From a bacterium (lineage in GTDB: Bacteria > SZUA-182 > DTGQ01 > JAFGSM01), in the NCBI GenBank assembly GCA_049472355.1, contig JBLIRP010000100.1, positions 1 to 12,820 of the forward strand: a stretch of DNA of 12,820 bases, read 5' to 3'. The notes beneath the pieces are model-generated. The model made no database searches and had not been told where the DNA came from. It saw only the letters and a list, made by a program, of their open reading frames with translations. Below are positions 7,487 to 12,820 of this stretch, one piece after another (positions within the stretch are counted from its first letter, which is position 1; every line of letters starts with the position of its first letter). The position numbers were made by a program, and so were the translations under genes.

Positions 7487-7670
7487 ATGAAACGCCCATG
7501 AGCCGGATGAAACTGCGAATATCGAATGTAGAATGTAGAATGTAGAAGTGAAACGCACATGAGCCTTCGGCGCACAAGGAAACATGAAAATGCCCCAAAG
7601 GGGATTTTCAAGTGAAACCCTCATGAGCCTTCGGCTCACAAAGAGGCATGAAAATCCTGGGGGATTTTCA
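7487..7670 (-). repeat. Right arm of the 103-bp inverted pair (7487-7589) overlapping two tandem ~60-64-bp two-hairpin units (7547-7610, 7611-7670)
   Basis: Each unit reads AGTGAAACnCnCATGAGCCTTCGGCnCACAA...CATGAAAAT...GGATTTTCA. Confidence 0.92.
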
Positions 7671-7732
7671 GATGAAAGGCGCACACGCCGAAGTAATAAA
7701 CAAACATATATCACGAATACGGAGGACAGGAT

Positions 7733-8851
7733 ATGAAACGCACCATCACCATTGTGCTTCTCGTCATGGTCATCGTTATCCAGGCCGGGACCGTCTTTGG
7801 GGGGAACGAGACGGAGAACCTCATGCAAATGGCCATCCTCCTCGATACGAGCAACAGCATGGACGGATTGATCGAACAGGCGAAGTCACAGCTATGGAAA
7901 ATCGTCAATGAACTGGCCGTTGCAAAGAAAAACGGCGCGAGCCCCGATCTCCACGTGGCACTCTACGAATACGGGAATGACTCCCTTCCGGGGCGTGAAG
8001 GATACCTGAGAAGGATCGTCCCGCTGACCACCGACCTTGACAGGATCTCGGAGGAACTATTCAAGCTGACCACAAACGGCGGGAGCGAATACTGCGGGCA
8101 GGCGATTCGGTCGGCAACCAGCGGGCTCGATTGGCATGCGAGCAGCTCGGTATACAAGGTCATCTTCATCGCCGGAAACGAGCCCTTCTCCCAGGGGGTT
8201 GTCGATTATAAAGGGGCGTGCAAGGCGGCCATAGAAAAGGGGATCATCGTTAACACCATATTCTGCGGTGATTACCATGAGGGAGTGCGGACCGACTGGA
8301 AGAAGGGTGCGGACCTCGCCGACGGGAAATACATGAACATCGATCAGAACGAGCAGGCCGTGCATATCGACGCCCCCCAGGATGAGGAAATCGCGCGGCT
8401 CGGAAAGGAGTTGAACACAACGTACATCGCCTACGGCGCGGCAGGCAGGGAATCCCTCGAACGGCAGGCGGCACAGGACGAAAATGCAGCAAGGCTGGGA
8501 AAGGGTTCTTTGGTACAGCGGTCCATAACAAAATCAAAAAGTCAGTACACAAACGAGGCATGGGACCTGGTGGATGCGGAGCGCTCAGGCGAGGTGGAGA
8601 TCGAGAACATGAAGAAAGAGGACCTGCCCGAGGAGATGCGGAAGATGTCCGCGGAAGAAAGGAAGCACTACCTCGCGGAGACGGCGAAACGGCGTGAAGA
8701 GATCCAAAAACGGATCAACGTGCTGAACGAGGCGCGACGCACATACATCGAAAAGGAACACAAGCGAATGGCGGAGGAACATACACTCGATATGGCGGTC
8801 ATCAATGCCGTCAGGGAGCAGGCCGGCCGGAAGCAATTCGATTTTGAATGA
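7733..8851 (+). CDS. Secreted von Willebrand factor A domain protein with a helical/coiled-coil C-terminus
   Basis: GGAGG RBS at 7721-7725, signal peptide, MIDAS AILLDTSNSM, plus GGSEYCG, VIFIAGNE and IIVNTIFCG. Charged helical tail. Confidence 0.9.
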   Translation: MKRTITIVLLVMVIVIQAGTVFGGNETENLMQMAILLDTSNSMDGLIEQAKSQLWKIVNELAVAKKNGASPDLHVALYEYGNDSLPGREGYLRRIVPLTTDLDRISEELFKLTTNGGSEYCGQAIRSATSGLDWHASSSVYKVIFIAGNEPFSQGVVDYKGACKAAIEKGIIVNTIFCGDYHEGVRTDWKKGADLADGKYMNIDQNEQAVHIDAPQDEEIARLGKELNTTYIAYGAAGRESLERQAAQDENAARLGKGSLVQRSITKSKSQYTNEAWDLVDAERSGEVEIENMKKEDLPEEMRKMSAEERKHYLAETAKRREEIQKRINVLNEARRTYIEKEHKRMAEEHTLDMAVINAVREQAGRKQFDFE

Positions 8852-8952
8852 AGTCGATGAGCGCATACATGGTTTATACCTTGTGGGACGGCATAGAGGC
8901 CGGAGCTGCAATCAGATAATGACCTTAACGAGAATGGAGCCTCGCATATTGT

Positions 8953-9154
8953 TAATGTCGGGACCGCAATGAGAAGGGGAGCCTTAATGTTCTTAATGTA
9001 TCGAACTGCGTAGAGGTTCGGTACGGTAATGGGAACAGGGGCCTTTTATATTTTAATGCAGGGACCGCAATGAGAATGAGAGCCTTTAATATTTTTTAGT
9101 AATGTCGGGACCGCAATGAGAATGAGAGCCTTTAATATTTTTGGTAATGTCGGG
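8953..9154 (+). repeat. Intergenic ~45-bp tandem repeats
   Basis: TAATG(TC/CA)GGGACCGCAATGAGAA(T/G)G(A/G)GAGCCTT starts at 8953, 9054 and 9100, with a partial copy at 9145 and a degenerate copy at about 8994-9053. Confidence 0.9.
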
Positions 9155-9162
9155 GGGAAGAG

Positions 9163-11394
9163 ATGACAAGCAAAAAAGGGATCATGCCGGTGATTGCTGC
9201 ATTCTGTATGGGGCTTTTCCTTGTAACGAGCGCGGGGGCGGACGGGCTCATCGTGGTGACGCCTCCCCATACCCAAGTACTGACCAGCCCCTTCCCCCTG
9301 GAGGTGACCTATCACCGCGTGGATGCGGAGATCGACGAGCAGGCGGCCACCACGCACATCGACCAGGAATTCTTCAATCCGTCCGAAAGGAGGCTGGAAG
9401 GACACTACCTCTTTCCCGTTCCCCAGGGCGCCGTGATCGAGCGGTTCAGCATGTACATCGACGGCAAGGAGGTCGAGGCCGAGCTCCTCGATGCCGATAA
9501 GGCCCGACGGATTTACGAGGATATCGTACGAAGGCAGCGCGACCCGGCACTGCTCGAATATGACGGACTGGCCCTGTTCAAGGTGCGGATATTCCCTATC
9601 GAGCCTCGATCCACCAAGCGGGTATCCATCACCTACCACGAGGTCCTGGGCAGGGATGACGGCACCATCGCGTACCGTTATCCGCTCAATACGGAAAAAT
9701 TCTCCTCCGCGCCCCTCAAGGAGGTCAGGCTGAAGGTGTCGATCGATACGAAGGACACCATCAGGAATGTCTACTGCACCTCCCATGATGCCGAGATAAT
9801 CAGAAAAAACGACCACCACGTGACCGTCGCCTACGAGGCGGAGCAGGTCAAGCCGGACAGGGATTTTCTCCTCTACTACTCAACCGACCGGTCGAAGATC
9901 GGGATCTCCCTTCTCACCTATCGGGAAGAAGGCAAGGAGGGCTACTTCCTGCTCAATGCCAGCCCCGGATTCACCGAAGACGAGGAGATAAGCGACAAGG
10001 ACATCACCTTTGTCCTGGATGTGTCGGGAAGCATGGCAGGGGAAAAGCTCGCCCAGGCGAAAAAGGCCCTCCTGTTCTGCATCGAAAACCTGAACAAGGG
10101 TGACCGGTTCGAGGTCATCCGCTTTGCAACCGAGGCGCAGACCCTCTTCGGAGACCTCAGCCGCACGGATGAGGAGAATCGCGCAAAGGCACGCCGGTTC
10201 ATTGGTGATTTGAAGGCAATCGGGGGGACCAACATACAGGATGCCCTCACCCTTGCCCTTGCACACAAGACCGAGGAAGGCAGGCCCCGCATCATCGTGT
10301 TCATCACCGACGGAAAGCCCACCATCAACGAGACGAACGAGGAGAGGCTCCTGGATATCATAAAAAAGGCGAACCCATCCCGAACCCGGATATTCACCTT
10401 CGGCATCGGATACGACCTGAACATCCACCTGCTCGACACAATAACGGAGATGACCAAGGCCTATCGGACCTACATCTCCCCGGAGGAGGATATCGAGGTC
10501 AAGGTCTCCGGTTTCTATCAGAAGGTCCAGTCACCCGTGCTCACGGACATTGACGTGAGCACCGGAAAGGATATCGCGCTGTTCACCACCTACCCCACGG
10601 AGCTTCCCGATCTCTTCAGAGGCTCATCGCTCACTTTGGTTGGAAGATACAAGGGTGAAGGCGGGAATACGCGATTAACAATAGCGGGAAAGGTCAAAAA
10701 CAGGGAGAAACGATTCGAGTTCGACGTGGATTTTCCCGGAAAGGACCTCCGGTATGCGTATATCCCCGCACTCTGGGCAGCGCGGCGCATCGGCTTTCTC
10801 CTCGACCAGATTCGGCTCCACGGGGAGGACAAGGAACTGGTTGAAGAGATCACCCAACTGGCCCGGCATTACGGCATTGTAACACCCTATACCAGCTACC
10901 TGATCATAGAGGATGAACTGGACCGGGCAGCTCGAAACGAGCTTGACCGAGCCTACCAGACCCTTGGAGGGATTGCATCCGGGGACAAGGAACTCGCCGA
11001 GAGGAGCAGGGAGGGATTCCTCGACATGAAGGCGAAGTCCGGATACAAGGGGGTCAGGGCAAGCGAGGAGGTACAGGTATTGAACGATGCCTGGAACCTC
11101 GCCCAGACCAGACAGGGCGAGTCTCGCCTCTCATTCAAGGACTCGATGGGAAACACGCAGCAGCTTACCCGGCAGGTCCGAAACATCCAGGGGAGGGCAT
11201 TCTACAACACAGGGAATGTCTGGGTCGATGCCCTGCTCCAGGCACAGAAGAAGAAAAAGCAGGTACGTATCCAATTCGCCTCGGAGCAATACTTCGATCT
11301 CCTCACAAAGGAACCGCAGGCAGCTCAGTTCCTTTCCCTCGGCAGGAATGTGCGGTTCACCATGAACAACCAGGTGTACGAGATATACGATTGA
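9163..11394 (+). CDS. Secreted VIT + vWA domain protein (inter-alpha-trypsin inhibitor heavy-chain-like)
   Basis: Signal peptide (AGA|DG). VIT domain (IDQEFFNPSERRLEGHYLFPVP...ARRIYEDIVRRQRDPALLEY). vWA MIDAS FVLDVSGSM...GGTNI...FITDG. C-terminal LWAARRI...YGIVTPYTSYL. Confidence 0.93.
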   Translation: MTSKKGIMPVIAAFCMGLFLVTSAGADGLIVVTPPHTQVLTSPFPLEVTYHRVDAEIDEQAATTHIDQEFFNPSERRLEGHYLFPVPQGAVIERFSMYIDGKEVEAELLDADKARRIYEDIVRRQRDPALLEYDGLALFKVRIFPIEPRSTKRVSITYHEVLGRDDGTIAYRYPLNTEKFSSAPLKEVRLKVSIDTKDTIRNVYCTSHDAEIIRKNDHHVTVAYEAEQVKPDRDFLLYYSTDRSKIGISLLTYREEGKEGYFLLNASPGFTEDEEISDKDITFVLDVSGSMAGEKLAQAKKALLFCIENLNKGDRFEVIRFATEAQTLFGDLSRTDEENRAKARRFIGDLKAIGGTNIQDALTLALAHKTEEGRPRIIVFITDGKPTINETNEERLLDIIKKANPSRTRIFTFGIGYDLNIHLLDTITEMTKAYRTYISPEEDIEVKVSGFYQKVQSPVLTDIDVSTGKDIALFTTYPTELPDLFRGSSLTLVGRYKGEGGNTRLTIAGKVKNREKRFEFDVDFPGKDLRYAYIPALWAARRIGFLLDQIRLHGEDKELVEEITQLARHYGIVTPYTSYLIIEDELDRAARNELDRAYQTLGGIASGDKELAERSREGFLDMKAKSGYKGVRASEEVQVLNDAWNLAQTRQGESRLSFKDSMGNTQQLTRQVRNIQGRAFYNTGNVWVDALLQAQKKKKQVRIQFASEQYFDLLTKEPQAAQFLSLGRNVRFTMNNQVYEIYD

Positions 11395-11451
11395 GAGGAG
11401 TGTCCGCCTCACCTTTGTTTAAAATTTATCGGTAGTTCAAAACTATTTACT

Positions 11452-11880
11452 ATGAAAAATAATATATCAGTCAAGAAAACTGTTAAAAAAACAATCATTC
11501 TCTATGAAATTATTGGATTCTGCGTAGTAATAACATCATTATGGTTAAATGAAATTTTTGATTTCCCGCATTTTTTGTTCGGAGCAGTTAAAACACCGAC
11601 AAATTGGATTGAAAGCATTGTAGAAACTATCTTGGTTTGTGTTTTATGTGCCTTTGTAATCTCACTATCATGGCGCTGCCTGGAGAGAATCAGGTACTTA
11701 GAAAATTTTGTCCATGTGTGCGTATTCTGTAAAAGGGTCAGGATTGACAACGAATGGATTCCTATTGACCGATATATACAGGAGCATTCAGAAACAAAAG
11801 TTTCGCATGGCCTATGTTCCGAATGTATGGAAAAACATTACGGTTTGAAAGGCGAGGACCGGGATACCAAGGTTGAGTGA
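11452..11880 (+). CDS. Small two-TM membrane protein with a C-terminal Cys/His (Zn-ribbon-like) domain
   Basis: Two hydrophobic segments, then VCVFCKRVR...WIPIDRYIQEHSETKVSHGLCSEC. This tail is recalled from PAS/response-regulator proteins. AT-rich relative to its neighbours. Confidence 0.8.
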   Translation: MKNNISVKKTVKKTIILYEIIGFCVVITSLWLNEIFDFPHFLFGAVKTPTNWIESIVETILVCVLCAFVISLSWRCLERIRYLENFVHVCVFCKRVRIDNEWIPIDRYIQEHSETKVSHGLCSECMEKHYGLKGEDRDTKVE

Positions 11881-12299
11881 GATAGCATCAGCAGTTTATG
11901 GATCACTTATGGGACAACCCCCACATGCCATAGGGAATCCCGATGCACTGAGAAGGCAAGACCTGTTGTACAGCGCTCTCAGTTTATGGAAGGACATGAC
12001 ATGGAGGGTATTTCCAAGGCGGTGATTCCACCCTTACACTCAAAAGATATACGAGGCTTCGACGAAAAGGAAAAGGGAGGAGATGCGGGCATTCCGGATA
12101 TACGGGGCATCGGCCTGGATCTGGGCCTTTCCGGTGCCGAAGCTGTACCTCGTCCGCCCATGCACGTGATGAACCCTCCCGGAACGGTGATATCCACCGT
12201 GCTCCCTATACGGGGGATGCATTGTGCGGTCGACCACCCAATGTTGACAGGATCTTCGATTATACGATATCCTTTCTCTGCTGTGGATGCCTTTGTCCC

Positions 12300-12407
12300 G
12301 AAATCGATTTCCATTCTTCGGGTACCGCACGGTGGCATGAGGGTTTTTCTTGAAAATAGAATCATATTTTCATCCTTCGTGGCGCCGCCAAAGCGGCATG
12401 AGGGTTT
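12300..12407 (+). repeat. Two tandem diverged copies of the REP-like two-hairpin family
   Basis: ATTTCCAT...CATGAGGGTTT (12307-12346) and ATTTTCAT...GCCGC-caaa-GCGGC-ATGAGGGTTT (12366-12407), joined by the hairpin TGAAAATA-gaatca-TATTTTCA. Same layout as the reverse complement of 7547-7670. Confidence 0.75.
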
Positions 12408-12610
12408 GCTCCGTAACAATGAAGGGTTGGCGCCCCCTCTGGTAACGATTCACATTGATCGAGGCCAAAGGCGCATTAACGCATAGCAGAAGCAAGCGTT
12501 ACCGGCAAGGGGGCCCGGAAGGGACACCATAGGAGTTTCGCCTGGCTCGGCCTGACAAAGTTTTGTGGCGCCCTCTTGCAGCAAGATACTGAGCAATGAA
12601 GGGATTTACA

Positions 12611-12820
12611 ATGAAACGATGGGGATGGTCGCTTATCCGGTGTGTGCTGGGACTCGTTCTTATTATGGTCCTTCCCCGCTTCGCCCAGGCGCGGAAGAAG
12701 ACCCTGCGCATCGCCTACCCGGTGGAACCCAAGACCGCCGACTGTCAGAAGACCACCGAGCACTATACCCTCCCCCTGAATGTGTTCGACCGGCTCGTGG
12801 AGGCGGTGACCGTGAGTCCC
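12611..12820 (+). CDS. ABC transporter substrate-binding protein, family 5 (DppA/OppA-like); 5' part, runs off the window
   Basis: Manual translation: MKRWGWSLIRCVLGLVLIMVLPRFAQA|RKKTLRIAYPVEPKTADCQKTTEHYTLPLNVFDRLVE. Signal peptide plus the TLRIA..EP.T.D...NVFD.LV pattern of family-5 SBPs. Confidence 0.8.
   Translation, partial: MKRWGWSLIRCVLGLVLIMVLPRFAQARKKTLRIAYPVEPKTADCQKTTEHYTLPLNVFDRLVEAVTVSP

Noticed and set aside
8953..9154. CRISPR array
   Set aside because: The intervening sequences are short and similar to each other, so this is a tandem repeat; no cas genes.
11979..12486. ORFs 11986-12486(+) and 11979-12419(-)
   Set aside because: Both run through the REP-like repeats and show no protein-like motifs.
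12508..12530. SRP RNA helix-8-like CCC-GGAA-GGG
   Set aside because: The flanking CAGG/AGCAG internal-loop motif is absent.
12567..12581. Sigma-54 promoter TGGCGCCCTCTTGCA
   Set aside because: GG-to-GC spacing is 9 nt rather than the required 10.

Overview
Bacterial accessory region in two parts. The left part (1-4300) is a decayed mosaic. It holds an internally deleted IS91-family (HUH/Y2 rolling-circle) transposase and three oriIS-like ends in the same orientation, one carrying an outward consensus sigma-70 promoter. Between those ends lie an Ig-like/TSP3 gene remnant, an intact AbrB-PIN (VapBC-like) toxin-antitoxin pair, a frameshifted 3' fragment of argS and a secreted Pro-rich protein. 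The right part is mostly exported proteins: a membrane-anchored protein with a papain/transglutaminase-like Cys-His-Glu signature, a secreted (YGGM/YGM/YGGL)n protein bracketed by 103-bp inverted repeats, a secreted vWA and VIT-vWA pair separated by ~45-bp tandem repeats, a small Cys-motif membrane protein and the start of a family-5 ABC substrate-binding protein. A dispersed REP-like two-hairpin repeat family with variable stems occurs at about 6460, 7490-7670 and 12300-12410. All calls come from reading the sequence and recalling motifs; no searches were run.
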